64,000 bases of DNA from Eledone cirrhosa (lineage: Eukaryota). The translations under genes were made by a program, and so were the position numbers. The notes under the pieces are model-generated. The model saw nothing but the letters and a program-made list of their open reading frames with translations, was not told the origin of the DNA and did not search any database. The stretch covers positions 209,188,001-209,252,000 of the forward strand of contig OZ024742.1 of assembly GCA_964016885.1 (NCBI GenBank), read 5' to 3'. Shown piece by piece: positions 1-12,932 of this stretch. Every line of letters begins with the position of its first letter. Position 1 is the first letter of the stretch.

Positions 1-149
1 ATGATTTGCATATTCACCCAAGGCGACTTTACTTTTTATTAGGACTTCTGCATCTATTGGTGAACATACGACGAAACTGTTTCAGAAAGGAGGGATAAAC
101 ATGCCAATCTATGTTTAGAATCCCGAGCATCGCCGGACCATTCTGCTAG
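1..149 (+). mobile_element. 3' end of non-autonomous Helitron-like repeat
   Basis: GC-rich hairpin-like ccgagcatcgccgg followed by ttctgCTAG|t at 122-150, resembling a Helitron 3' terminus. Confidence 0.4.
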
Positions 150-159
150 TAGCGTCATA

Positions 160-463
160 ATTTATTTCGCTATATATATTTCTGGGATGCTAAATTATAG
201 CATGCCTTCTTCAGACAATATACAATATTAGATGTATAAAATGTTATACGACATATTCACAAGAGTGACCGTATCCGATCAATTCTAAACGGGTATGTGA
301 TTCAAAATCTCAAAATTTTCTAGGATGTAAAGTTATTGAGAAATATAGAAATAAACAAATAAATATTAAGGACAGTTAATTTAAACGTTACCTATGTTTT
401 TTTTAAAATAGCGTTATTAGATTGTTCAGAAAAAAAATGGTAAATGCGTATATCTTATTACTA

Positions 464-511
<48 letters not shown>

Positions 512-595
512 AATATACAGACGCTTATATATATATGTATATAGGTAGATCAATATATATTTTATATTCTAGTGTTACGAAAACATAAATTATGT
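160..595 (-). repeat. Inverted pseudo-LTR of an old PLE
   Basis: 160-470 is the reverse complement of 13158-13475, and 510-595 is the reverse complement of ~8560-8630. Confidence 0.75.
167..218 (-). ncRNA. Type-I hammerhead ribozyme motif
   Basis: Minus strand: ttgt CTGAAGA aggcatgcta-taatt-tagcatccca GAAA tatata TA gcga. Stem II hairpin and palindromic stem III. Confidence 0.7.
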
Positions 596-1580
596 TAGTT
601 TCTATCCCAACCACCCTAAAAACGTTAAGAAAGCTATAGATAGTAGTGTTCAGCTTAGAATTTCTAGACTCTGTGCTAATAAAGATATATTTAACAATAA
701 GGTAGAATACTACAATGAGGCGCTATCTAGGACAGGCTACTCTAATAAAATTAAATACAGAGATAAAGATAATTATACTCCCTATTATAACGAAAATCAT
801 TCCTCTAATATTAATAACATAAATCAACCTTATAAGCAGCATGACTTACATATAAACAAAAACAACAAATCGAATAGAAAAGCCAGATCTCATTCTATTT
901 CATGACTCTAGTCCACTATCTTTAGGGATTAAAACTAGTTTAGCACAACAGTTCTTTCGGGTTCTCGATAAATGTTTCCCTAGAACCCATAAATATTACC
1001 AGATTTTTAACAGACATACTATCAAACTATCATACTCAACAACTATGAATATTGCCCAAAATAGAGCAAAAATGTATAATAGGAATCTTAAAAGGAATCA
1101 AATCTAAATAGGCCTCAACGCTAGCAATAGTAATATTGATAATAGCATAAGCATACACCTTAATAGCAGATCTGCATCATCAAATAATAACATAAATAAT
1201 TGTAATTGTAAGAACAGTCTTTCTTGGCCGTTAAATAATAACTGTCTTGGCCGTATTCTAGTGTATAAATGCATTGTTAAAATTAATTATAGGTCGTATA
1301 ACTATATAGGTGCTACTTTATCTAAACTTAAGGAAAGTTTGTATAACCATACGCATACATTTCGAAGAATGGATAAGAAATTCTCAACTTCCTATTGAAT
1401 TTAATATGGTCTCTAAAAAACAAAAACATAGATTACTCATTATCTTGGCCTAATCTGGCTAACGTCTTACCATGTGTAAATTCTTCTATTTCTAAAAAAT
1501 TCTTCATATTATTGGTAATACAAAATCTATTATTAATAAAAGAACAGAAATATTTAGCGGCTGCTTGCACATAATTTCTA
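595..1580 (+). pseudogene. Degenerate 5'-truncated PLE (Naiad-like) thumb/linker/GIY-YIG
   Basis: Frameshifted motifs DKCFPRTHKYYQIFNRHTIKLSYS, CNC..WPLNNNC, VYKC..YNYIGAT, homologous to the 10663-11764 ORF. Confidence 0.8.
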
Positions 1581-1638
1581 GATCTTTTCACAGAATATAT
1601 AGCTATATTTATATATTTGTATGGTAGATTTAATAGTT

Positions 1639-1674
<36 letters not shown>

Positions 1675-1749
1675 ATGTATATATGTATATATATATGTAT
1701 ATATGTATATATGTATATGTGTAAATATATGTATATATGTATATATGTA

Positions 1750-1842
<93 letters not shown>

Positions 1843-1904
1843 ATATATATATATGTATATATGTATATATGTATATATGTATATATATATATAGAGAGAG
1901 AGAA

Positions 1905-2400
1905 AATTGTGGTTGGTAATGGCACATGGAATATATAAGAGACAGAATACTTTATTGTGAAAAAACATATAATTTTATAAGGTAAGAAAATATTAAAGGG
2001 TATAAAAAATGACCGGTTTCGATGGGTCTGCAAAAGCCATCTTTTCAAATGTTGATTAATATTAAGAAAAATTAATAATAAGAAGAGTTAAAATTTGAGA
2101 TTTGAAAATTCAAGTATAAAATTCATTGTGGGATTTCATAGTAGTTTTCATCTTGGTAGCAGCTCGTTGACTGCTTCTGGTAGTGAATGAGAAGTTATTT
2201 GGGGGTGTGGGTTATTTTATAAAGGTCAAATTTAGCAATGGCCAGATGGCCAGCTGCTGGTCAGTGAGGGGGTGGAAGCAATATACATACATATATCTTC
2301 CTGTGCTCGGTAGGAGAGGGGAGATTGATAGAAAGGGATTTAGTGCACTTACACCTATATATACACACATACCTTCATCCACACATACATACATATACAT

Positions 2401-2455
<55 letters not shown>

Positions 2456-5050
2456 CACACATACATACACACACACATACATATACATACACACATACAC
2501 ACACACATATATGCACATACACACACACATATATATATATATACACACATACACACACATATATATACATACACATACATCCAGATACACACATACATAC
2601 ACACACACATATATATATATATATGCGTACATACATATATATACACACATATACATACACATATATATACACACACCCACACATACATACACACACATAT
2701 ATATACATACACACATACAAACACACACACACACACACATATATATACACATACACACACATATATATACACACACACACATATATATATACACATACGC
2801 ATACATCCAGATACACACATACATACACACACACGCACACACAATACATACATCCACATGCACACACATACACACACACACACACACACATATACACATA
2901 CATACACCCACACACAGAGAAATGGCCTCCAAATATATATATATACATACATACACATATATTGTTTCCATAATATAAGAAGTTAGGGCAGTGAAATTAA
3001 AATACAAGTCATTCTGATCACATTGAGTTCTTCATGTAGAATGGGCCCCGCAACCGACAGTGGTGAATTCTGTGTGCGCATATATATATAGATATATGTG
3101 TGTGCACGTGCAGGGTTTAACATGGATGTGTTGGTCACACAAAGGCATGGCCTGTCAACGAATAAACCTGATTCTACAGAATTGGTCTCTGGTCTTTAAT
3201 AGTGGTGATAATTATATACATGCACACATACAAACACATATATCTGTCACTCCGTGCGTATGTGTGTTTATATTTTATGAGAATTCTATTGGGGTGATAA
3301 CCCGTTTAGTTTTGGTTTAAATTTGTTAAGGAATAGATTTTCTTTGTTTATTCTTTGTTGCTGTGTGAACGAATCTGAGCACTTGTAGAAGGGGAAGATT
3401 TTAAAGTTGGGTAGTGTCATTCCTTCGCAGTTCGCAATATGGCTGCTCAAGGGGATTTTTCTTGTGCTAGCGTCCCGGATTTGTTGGCGGTGGATGGTCA
3501 TTCTTTTGCGTAATGAGGTTCCCGTCTGTCCTATGTAGTTGTGTTTGCACCCACCGCAAGTTATTGCGTAAATCAAGTTCTCCGAGTTGCAGGTGAAATT
3601 GTTTTTTACTGTAAATGTTTGGCCATCTTTAAATGTAAATTTTTGTCCTTCAGTGAGGTAGAGGCACGTTCCACAGTTTGTTCTACCACATTTGGTAACT
3701 GTAGGGTTGAGGATTGGTTTGGGTATATTTGGTCCAGTGAGAATGCATTTTAGTGATTTGGGTTGTCTTTTACTTTTAAGGATCTTGTGTGTTTCAAGAA
3801 TAGACTTCATTTTTACATCTTTAAGTAGGATGGGGAGGTTTTTGTGTAGGTGATCAAACATTTCGGTATTTCTGGGGTTGAAAGTGGATACATATGGCAG
3901 GGTGTTGAGTGTGGTTTTCTGTTTTGGATTGTTAAGTTGATGGGGATTTAGGTGTTTTGCCCTGTCTATTCCATTGTTGATTATTTCAAGTGGAAAGGCT
4001 CTTAAGATAAGGGTGTCTTTTAGTTCCTTTAGTCTTTGCTCCCGTTTAGGTGGATCTGATACTATGGTACATATACGTTTGGCCAAATTGTAAGGAATGT
4101 TAAGTTTTGTATGTTTTGGGTGACTTGATGTGAAAAAGAGGTATTGCTTGGAATCTGTGGGTTTATAGAATATATCTGTATCTAATTTCCCGTCTATTAC
4201 AGAGATGAGAATATCCAAGAAGGCTAATTCCTTGGGATTGGATTCCATTGTGAATTGTATGTTATTATCTATGTTGTTTATCATGTTTTTAAACATAGTA
4301 AGTGAGTTCATGTCTTCTTGCCATAGGATAAAGCAGTCGTCTAGATATCTTTTCCAATTGGCTTTGAGGTGTGTGTGGAAAGAGTCTCCAAATAAGAGAA
4401 GGGACTGACTGTATATTTGTTGTTCATGGAATACCATGACTAGGTTGGCATATGTGGGTGCTACTTTCGTGCCCATTGCCGTACCTGATACTTGTCTGTA
4501 TGTTGAACCATTGAATGTGAAGTAGTTATTTTGTAGGATAAAGCGGAGTCCGTCAGTGATAAAATCTTTGTTGATGCGTGTCGGTATTTCTGATGGGTGT
4601 GTGTTAAGCCAGTATTGGACTGCTGTTATTCCATAGTTGTGGGGTATGTTTGTGTAGAGGTTCATTACGTCAAAGGAGACAAGAATTGTATTTGCACTTA
4701 CTGTTTTAGGGAGGTGTTTCAGCATGTCAAGGTCATCTCGTATGTAGCTCTGTATATGTTGTAGAAAGGGTTTCAGTAGGATGTCCAGAAAGTTGCTAAG
4801 TCTGTGGGTTTCACATGTAGGGCCTGCTATAATTGGCCTGAGTTTTAGGTCTTCTGGTGGTGTTAGTTCAATGTAATTGTTGTTTGAGGTGTCACATGCA
4901 TCGTTTATGGGTTTACATTTGTGGAGTTTCGGTAAGCCGTAAAAAGAGCTTGTATTGCATTTGAAGTGGCTTATATAGTTAAACTCTTTTGTGGTTAAGC
5001 TGTTGCGGTATTTATTCAGTAAGGTCAAAAGGTTCCCCATTGTTTTGGTG
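1905..5050 (-). mobile_element. 5'-truncated PLE (Neptune-like) with 3' UTR, microsatellite and HHR
   Basis: RT+GIY-YIG ORF, then 3' UTR with HHR at 2006-2053, ending at a (TA/GA)n tract. Confidence 0.85.
2006..2053 (-). ncRNA. Type-I hammerhead ribozyme, U3-A8 core variant
   Basis: Minus strand: aacat TTGAAAA gatgg..ccatc GAAA ccgg TC atttt. Confidence 0.7.
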
Positions 5051-5127
5051 TGCAGGCGGAGAGCAGCTCTGGAAAATCCTCGCCGAGCGATCCACACATT
5101 ATCTGGACGGGGGAAGAATACCCTCAC
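3286..5127 (-). CDS. PLE reverse transcriptase + GIY-YIG endonuclease (5'-truncated; first ~25 aa are antisense RTE sequence)
   Basis: FYGLPKLHK, LRPII, SFDVMNLYTNIP, GTAMGTKVAPTYANL, WKRYLDD, FLDI, YKPTD, CGRTNCGTC linker, LIYAITC..YIGQT..R..H. Confidence 0.92.
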   Translation of the reverse strand: MRVFFPRPDNVWIARRGFSRAALRLHTKTMGNLLTLLNKYRNSLTTKEFNYISHFKCNTSSFYGLPKLHKCKPINDACDTSNNNYIELTPPEDLKLRPIIAGPTCETHRLSNFLDILLKPFLQHIQSYIRDDLDMLKHLPKTVSANTILVSFDVMNLYTNIPHNYGITAVQYWLNTHPSEIPTRINKDFITDGLRFILQNNYFTFNGSTYRQVSGTAMGTKVAPTYANLVMVFHEQQIYSQSLLLFGDSFHTHLKANWKRYLDDCFILWQEDMNSLTMFKNMINNIDNNIQFTMESNPKELAFLDILISVIDGKLDTDIFYKPTDSKQYLFFTSSHPKHTKLNIPYNLAKRICTIVSDPPKREQRLKELKDTLILRAFPLEIINNGIDRAKHLNPHQLNNPKQKTTLNTLPYVSTFNPRNTEMFDHLHKNLPILLKDVKMKSILETHKILKSKRQPKSLKCILTGPNIPKPILNPTVTKCGRTNCGTCLYLTEGQKFTFKDGQTFTVKNNFTCNSENLIYAITCGGCKHNYIGQTGTSLRKRMTIHRQQIRDASTRKIPLSSHIANCEGMTLPNFKIFPFYKCSDSFTQQQRINKENLFLNKFKPKLNGLSPQ

Positions 5128-5180
5128 AGTGGAAAGAGTCGAATACCATCGTGCTATACAAGAAGGGCGATAGAGAAGAC

Positions 5181-5183
<3 letters not shown>
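5052..5183 (+). repeat. Inverted duplicate of the adjacent RTE segment 5250-5380
   Basis: Mirror copy across the (TA)n tract, with one visible substitution (QWKES vs QRKES). Confidence 0.9.
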
Positions 5184-5249
<66 letters not shown>

Positions 5250-5252
<3 letters not shown>

Positions 5253-6950
5253 TCTTCTCTATCGCCCTTCTTGTATAGCACGATGGTATTCGACTCTTTC
5301 CGCTGTGAGGGTATTCTTCCCCCGTCCAGATAATGTGTGGATCGCTCGGCGAGGATTTTCCAGAGCTGCTCTCCGCCTGACTTCAACACCTCCGATGTTA
5401 TGCCGTCTTTCCTTGGCGCCTTTCCGCTTTTCATCAAGCCGACGGCTCTTTCGACCTCACCGACAAGGGTGGGCTGCACATTTTCTTCCTGTTGGAGTGA
5501 CGGCAACGGCTGCACATTCCCGGCAGTCTTGAAGAGCTTAGTGTAGAAGTCTTCGAAAACCGGTACTCTAGCTGTATTTTTCAGGGTCGTCCCCTCCGGT
5601 CTGTACATTATCATGTCCCTCTCGCATTTATTGAGGATCTTCTTTTCCTTTGCGGCCTTCAGGAGCTTCTCCATCCGGTATGCCTCGAAGTCTCTCTTCA
5701 GTTGTTGACGTCTAACTCTGCTGAGAAGGGAATATTCGAGGTGATCTTCAGGTGTCCTCTTCTTAAGCAACTTCATAGTTTCCTCCGAGACTCTTCCCTT
5801 CCGCTCCCTCGGGCACACACCCTTAGACTTCCTCAAGCACTCCTTGAGTTTCCCTATCAGTGAGTCGTATACAGCGTCTATGCCGTCTCCTTGACGCCAC
5901 TTTTCCTGCATAATCGCTTTCTGCAGCTGGGCCTCGTTGAAGACCCGGACGCGTTCTCCCTTCAACGCCAAATGCAGCGCCTTCTTCTCCCTCGTCCGGT
6001 CGATGACGACCCTCGCCCTCACCAGACGATGATCACTGTCAGTGTTGAATGGCGTTATGACGGAGACGTCCTGTAGTATGTGTCGCTTGTCGACCAAGAT
6101 GTAGTCAATCTCGTTTCGGTGCTCAGAATTTGGCGATACCCAGGTCCATCTCTTCTCCTTCTTCTTCCTGAATAGTCTGTTTCCGATGTAGAGCCGTCTC
6201 GCCTCCGCCATGGTGACCAGACGCTCTCCTCTCTCATTTTGTTCTCCTAGGTCGAATCTTCCGACAAACTCTTACCCTTGCCGTCCTTGTCCGACCTTTG
6301 CGTTGAAGTCTCCCATCACGACGGTGTAAGTAGACTTCACAGCTAGCACTTTGTCTAGCTGGCGATAGAATTCTTCCACCTCATCGTCGTCGCTGGCACT
6401 TGTGGGAGCGTAGGTCTGGATAATCTTAGGGTGGCCTTCCCTGAGAGGTTCACGTTCAGTACACCAATCCTTGACGATATGAACTGAAAAAAAGCGACCT
6501 TCGACGCCCATTCCTTGCTTACGATGAACCCTATACCTCCAACCGATCTGGGACCCTCTGCTTTCCCGAGTCTCAAGGCGCATCCATCTTGCCATCGCGA
6601 ACTCGTCTCCTTATTCTGGCGGGTCTCACACAGCCCTAATACGTCGCACCTGATCATCTTCTTCTCCTCCATTAGGTGGTTCAAGCCTTGCCCCCCTGCC
6701 AAAGACCTGCAGTTGTAGGTGCATATGGCAAGGTTAGTCCAGTTCCTTGGCGGCCTTCGGGAACCTGTGAATCTTACAGCCTCTCGTCGCTCAGGTTGCA
6801 CTCCGCCGTCGTGGAGTGGCCCGATTGACGTGCAGGGTACTGGGGCCATTTTCTTCGTGCTGTTTTAACCATAAGATGACGCCATCCCACTGGCTGGGCG
6901 GGCAGGCCGGTACCTCTTCAGTTTAGCTAGCTTTTGAACTCTAGAAGATG
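5250..6950 (-). mobile_element. RTE-clade LINE, inverted 5' part (APE endonuclease + linker), frameshifted
   Basis: ICTYNCRSL, DVLGLCETR, YAPTS, VMGDFNAKVG, WTWVSPN, IDYIL, SDHRLV, GKAP..DGI, KKGDREDL. Confidence 0.9.
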
Positions 6951-7009
6951 ATGAATCATCTCTAGGACCAATAGTCTGATACCTGTGTAGCATGGTAAAA
7001 CCTGCCAGG

Positions 7010-8302
7010 ACATAGAGATGATCTGAAGAACTACCGACCCATTTGCCTGCTGTCTCACGTGTACAAGCTGTTCACGAAGATAATCCTGAACAGGTTATTA
7101 CGTCATCTGGACGAACAGCAACCGAGAGAGCAAGCCGGTTTCCGGAAAAACTACAGCACGATGGAACACATATTTAATCTGACACTACTGCTTGAGCGAG
7201 CAAAAGAGTACAAGATGCCTCTTTGCGTCGCGTTCGTAGACTACGAGAAGGCGTTCGACAGCGTCGAAATCAACGCAGTGCTGAACTCGCTGCAGAGGCA
7301 AGGAGTCGAGGTGCAATACGTTCAACTGCTCAGGGAGGCGAGTTCCGGATGCACCACCGACATAGCTCTGCTGTCATGACCCGTACGAGTGCCGGTAGAA
7401 AAGGGAGTGAAGCAAGGGCATACGATCTCTCCAAAACATTTCACCGCGTGTCTCGAGCAGATCATCAGAGGCATTGACTGGCAAGGCGGTGTCAACATCA
7501 ACGGCGAGATACTTACCCACCTCCGTTTCGCTGATTACATCGTACTCATCGCTGAAACCACGGATCAGCTTCAGACCATGCTGACGGAGCTCGACATCAA
7601 AAGCCCTGCAGTAAGCCTCAAGATGAACCGCATGAACACGAAGTCTATGCGGTCCGACAACGTACCAACAGGTCGAATGGGGGTTGGCGGTGATGAAATA
7701 GAGGAGGTGGAGGAATACGTCTACCTGGGACAACAATTGAATATGCGCCGAGACATTGAGAGGGAGATCTCGCGGAGAGTAAGGGCCGGATGGAAGGCGT
7801 TCAACGGCATAAGGGATGTGTTCAAGGGGAGGTTGGACAAGACCACCCGCGACAACGTCTTCAATAGCACAGTTTTACCTACAATGTTATATGGCAGTGA
7901 AACTTGGGCTACAACGAAGAGAGAAGAGCAGAGGCTGGTAACGGCTCAAAGAGCCATGGAGAGATCAATGATAGGAATCTCGTTGAGAGAGCACATCAGG
8001 CGCGAGGCCATCAGACAGAAGTCCGGCGTGAGGGACGTCATCACGGAATATATGCGCAGCAAATTCAGATGGGTTGGACATGTCGCCCGGTTCACCGATA
8101 ATCGGTGGACCCGCGCAGTTCTCGAGTGGTACCTGCGCGAGCGGAAACGACCACTCGGAAGGCCTCCATGAGAGTGGAGTTACGATTTTAAGAATACGAT
8201 TGGGACTACATGGATGAGGAAAGAACGATCCAGAGAGGAATGGACGGCCTGCTGTGACCAGCCGCGCTGAATGGACGCCCGACAGACTGGTCGGTCAAGG
8301 TG
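7010..8302 (+). mobile_element. RTE-clade LINE, 3' part (RT domain), in-frame stop at ~7377
   Basis: KNYRPICLL, EQAGFR, FVDYEKAFDS, GVKQG, LRFADYI, YVYLG, LYGSETW, WVGHVAR, GRPP; ends at tatata. Confidence 0.92.
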
Positions 8303-8622
8303 ATATATATACGTATAATTATAGGTTTTCTTAGATATAAACATATCTATATCGTAGCAACATAGTAAGTGGCACTATTTATATTCCTTGACCTAATATA
8401 TTCTATATGTTATGCCTACATTAAATTCTTATCACCTCAACCATAACTAAAAGCTTAGAATAAAACTTTTATTATGATTAATCGAAGTTCTTCCCCCTTT
8501 GTTTGTTTATTTACTTATGTAAATACATTCCTCACTATATCTAATATATGCCTTTCTTTTTTCGTAACATTAGAATATAAAATATATATATCGATCTACC
8601 TATATACATAAACATAAGCTTA

Positions 8623-8684
<62 letters not shown>

Positions 8685-8694
8685 ATCAAGTAAG

Positions 8695-8788
8695 ACCCCG
8701 ACGGCTGAGTTCAAGCCGTTTCGACGGCTAATTCTGGACTGAATGAAAATTTATTCTGGTATTTAAATAGCCGAGCTTATCAAGGGGT
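8695..8788 (-). ncRNA. Type-I hammerhead ribozyme (U3-A8), inverted copy
   Basis: Reverse complement of 12933-13026. Confidence 0.8.
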
Positions 8789-9723
8789 AATTCCATATAT
8801 GGTCAAAGAGATAATCACCAGGATTGGTCACATCACAAGTTAGTAGTAAATCTGTGATGGCAAATTGGTGGGGGAGGGGGCACCTAAACCTGCCGGTAGG
8901 AGAAACAGGGAGAGGGGGTGGAGTAGACCCATTCATGCGTTGGTAGTGCCGGCTACAGCTGGGCGTGAGGTCAAAGAGGATACTGGGAAGGAGGAGGGGG
9001 AGGAAGTCGAAACGGTAAGTAGAACAATGAAGGGTAAAACTATAAAAAGTAGTGAAAATGAAAAAAAAAAAATAAGCAAAGTCTGGTTACTAACACTTAA
9101 GTCTCTCGCTATTGCTAGGCTAAAGAAATACATAAAAAATAAACAAATAAGTGAATAAAAGAATAGATAAATAAATTTAAAAAAATATAATAAAGAATAA
9201 AAAAATAAATAATAATAATAAAAATAAACTAGGTGGGACGGAAATAAAGGGACCCATATACGAGGTATAAGTGCGTGTAAGGTACGGTGACGGATCAACA
9301 AAGGGGGGGGGGGAGGGCCAAAATACTAAAGAGACTACCACGAAATAATAAAGGTTTCTACCCCAATCACAGGGCCAGCAATCACCCAGTGCAAGAAAGT
9401 AAACTAGTACGAGAATATAATTCAGGGATCGCAAAAAAATACTAATGCTAACTCTAAGGGTACCGCCACGAAACAAAAAGTCTTATACAAGCTACATGAA
9501 ATATCGTACAATGTAAAAGTAAAGAACGGAAAATTAATACAGAACCCCCCCCCCCCCCTCCCAAGAGAAAAAGAAGAAAGAAATACTGGATAAACGAGAA
9601 ATTAAAGCAAAGATGCCACTAAGAAATATAGAAGGCACGGAAAAAAGGGACAGCGGTCGGAGAAGGGGGAAAGTATCCGGAGCCTAACACCTCTGCTATA
9701 AAAAGCGGAGTCAGCCAAATCTA

Positions 9724-10654
9724 TCATAGAATAGGGGAGGGGTGGGGGTGTAATTTCCAAGTGAGATCATAGTTGACGTTGTTGTCCTTGAGGTCCCATA
9801 TGTGGCCCGAAAGTGTAGTGGCGTGACGCCGGGCCGGGTTTCGGAAGGTATGTCTGTGTTGGTATAGCCGGGTCTTGAAGTCACATGCGGTTAATCCTAT
9901 ATAAGCTTTGTTGGAGGTGTCCGTGCTCACGTTGCACTGGTAGATCACATTACGGTCTCTGCATCTGTTGTCGAGGGGGAAACTGGATCTATCAGGACAG
10001 TTGCACCTCCTGGTCGGCTCTCCACTGCTATTTAGGTTGTTTCTTCCATCGGGGTTGAGTTTTTTGTTGTTGGAGGAGACGATGTTTTGTGCGAAGTTAG
10101 GTGTAGTGCTGTAAGAGAGTTTGATGGTATTTTTGTTAATTATGTTGTGGTAGCGGTGTTGTAGTGGGAAGTGTTTTTCTATTAGCCTAAAGAAAATTTT
10201 CCCGATGGGAGTTGTCACCTCGGCGTTGTGGGGAGGATTGAACCATGTTACATTGCGTGAGCGGCGGTGTCGCCTGCTGGTTCCGCTAATGGGAGCTGGA
10301 CAGTAGGATATTTCCTCCCGGAAACCACTCCGCTTGAGGGCCTGGTTGTAGTAAGGCGCATGTTCATCGAATATCTTCTCATTAGCTGACAAACGGGATA
10401 TGCGGAGGGAGATGTTTTTGACCAGGTTGTTGGTGATGTTCCTAGGATGGTTAGATCGGCGGTGGATGTAGTGCAGGTTGTCATTGGGTTTCCTGTATGG
10501 GTAGTACAGGTCATTATTGAGATCAAGGGTAACGTCCAGGAAATTGACTCGGGTCAGGGACGTTTGTAGGGTTATTTTAAATCCCCAGTCGCGGAAGAAG
10601 CTGATTAATTGTTTACGGACCCGATCTGTACTACTGGGGTTGTACCCTTTAAGG
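9724..10654 (-). pseudogene. Inverted copy of the PLE ORF, C-terminus deleted
   Basis: Near-identical translation to the plus-strand ORF up to YDLTWKL, then jumps into the 3' UTR. Confidence 0.9.
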
Positions 10655-10662
10655 GTAAGGAG

Positions 10663-11764
10663 CCTTAAAGGGTACAACCCCAGTAGTACAGATCAGGTTC
10701 GTAAACAGTTAATCAGCTTCTTCCGCGACTGGGGATTTAAAATAACCCTACAAACGTCCCTGACCCGAGTCAATTTCCTGGACGTTACCCTTGATCTCAA
10801 TAATGACCTGTACTACCCATACAGGAAACCCAATGACAACCTGCACTACATCCACCGCCGATCTAATCATCCTAGGAACATCACCAACAACCTGGTCAAA
10901 AACATCTCCCTCCGCATATCCCGTTTGTCAGCTAATGAGAAGATATTCGATGAACATGCGCCTTACTACAACCAGGCCCTCAAGCGGAGTGGTTTCCGGG
11001 AGGAAATATCCTACTGTCCAGCTCCCATTAGCGGAACCAGCAGGCGACACCGCCGCTCACGCAATGTAACATGGTTCAATCCTCTCCACAACGTCGAGGT
11101 GACAACTCCCATCGGGAAAATTTTCTTTAGGCTAATAGAAAAACACTTCCCACTACAACACCGCTACCACAACATAATTAACAAAAATACCATCAAACTC
11201 TCTTACAGCACTACACCTAACTTCGCACAAAACATCGTCTCCTCCAACAACAAAAAACTCAACCCCGATGGAAGAAACAACCTAAATAGCAGTGGAGAGC
11301 CGACCAGGAGGTGCAACTGTCCTGATAGATCCAGTTGCCCCCTCGACAACAGATGCAGAGACCGTAATGTGATCTACCAGTGCAACGTGAGCACGGACAC
11401 CTCCAACAAAGCCTATATAGGATTAACCGCATGTGACTTCAAGTCCCGGCTATACCAACACAGACATACCTTCCAAAACCCGGCCCGGCGTCACGCCACT
11501 ACACTTTCGGGCCACATATGGGACCTCAAGGACAACAACATCAACTATGATCTCACTTGGAAATTACTGTCCAGAGCGAACTCTTACACGGGAGGACGCC
11601 GTCCGTGCAATTTATGCTCGGAGGAAACTTTACAAATGCTGTTTTCGACGGACCAACTCCTAAACAAGAAAGATGAACTGGTTACTGCATGTAAACACCG
11701 ATTACGTAGGACTTACCTCCCCCTCAAACCCCATAATGACCCGGGGGGGGGGGGGGTAGACTAG
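10663..11764 (+). CDS. PLE RT C-terminus/thumb + GIY-YIG endonuclease (5'-truncated)
   Basis: VNFLDVTL, PYRKPND, SNHP, WFNP, CNC..CPLDNRC, VIYQC..YIGLT..R..H, CNLC..E, LLNKK.E..CKH. The upstream part of ORF 10517 is antisense read-through. Confidence 0.9.
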
Positions 11765-12932
11765 AGCTATAACACCCTACTTGCATATATTGTAATGGGT
11801 AACCCCTGCTTGCCAATGGAGACGTAAGATCTTCTTTTACATTCTTTTATCACTTCCTCTATATTTCCTTCTTCCCCCATCCCTCCCTAGTCCTTCTACC
11901 CCAGTTCCTTTTCTTTGTCGTCGTCTTTTTCTCGTCCACCCGAAGTAGCCCCTCGGTCCCTTCTAGCTTCAGCACCCCCACCCCTCCCCTATTCTATGAT
12001 AGATTTGGCTGACTCCGCTTTTTATTGAAGAGGTGTTAGACTTCGGATACTTGACCCCTTCTCCGACCGGTCCCTTTTTTCCGTGCCTTCTATATTTCTT
12101 AGTGGCATCTTTGCTTTAATTTCTCGTTTATCCAGTATTTCTTTCTTCTTTTTCTCTTGGGGGGGGGGGGTTCTGTATTAATTTTCCGTTCTTTACTTTT
12201 ACCTCGCACGATCTTTCATGTAGCTTGTATAAGACTTTTTGTTTCGTGGCGGTACCCTTAGAGTTAGCATTAGTATTTTTTTGCGATCCCTGAATTATAT
12301 TCTCGTACTAGTTTACTTTCTTGCACTGGGTGGTTACTGGCCCTGTGATTGGGGTAGAAACCTGTATTATTTCGTGGTAGTCTCTTTAGTATTTTGCCCC
12401 CCCCCCCCCCCCTTTGTTGACCCGTCACCGTACGATACACGCACTTATACCTCGTATATGGGTCCCTTTATTTCCGTCCCACCTAGTTTATTTTTATTAT
12501 TATTATTTATTTTTTTATTCTTTATTATATTTTTTTTTATTTATTTATCTATTCTTTTATTCACTTATTTGTTTATTTATTTATTTATGTATTTCTTTAG
12601 CCTAGCAATAGCGAGAGACTTAAGTGTTAGTAACCAGACTTTGCTTATTTTTTTTTTTTCATTCTCACTACCTTTTATAGTTTTACCCTTCATTGTTCTA
12701 CTTACCGTTTCGACTTCCTCCCCCTCCCCCTTCCCAGTATCCTCTTTGACCTCACGCCCAGCTGTAGCCGGCACTACCAACGCATGAATGGGTCTACTCC
12801 ACCCCCTCTCCCCTTTTTCTCCTACCGGCAGATTTAGCTACCCCTTCCCCCACCAATTTGCCATCACAGATTTACTAGTAACTTGTGATGTGAACAATCC
12901 TGGTTATTATCTCTTTGACCATATATGGAATT

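Noticed and set aside
1578-3007. Long YIYI/HTHT/VCVC ORFs here and throughout the window
   Set aside because: Translations of (TA)n/(CA)n microsatellites, which lack stop codons.
10517-10662. N-terminal extension of the 415-aa ORF
   Set aside because: Antisense read-through of the inverted arm.
11300-11764. Selenocysteine recoding as reported for some Naiad PLEs
   Set aside because: Conserved Cys positions checked here and at ~1200, ~52170 and ~55330 are not TGA.
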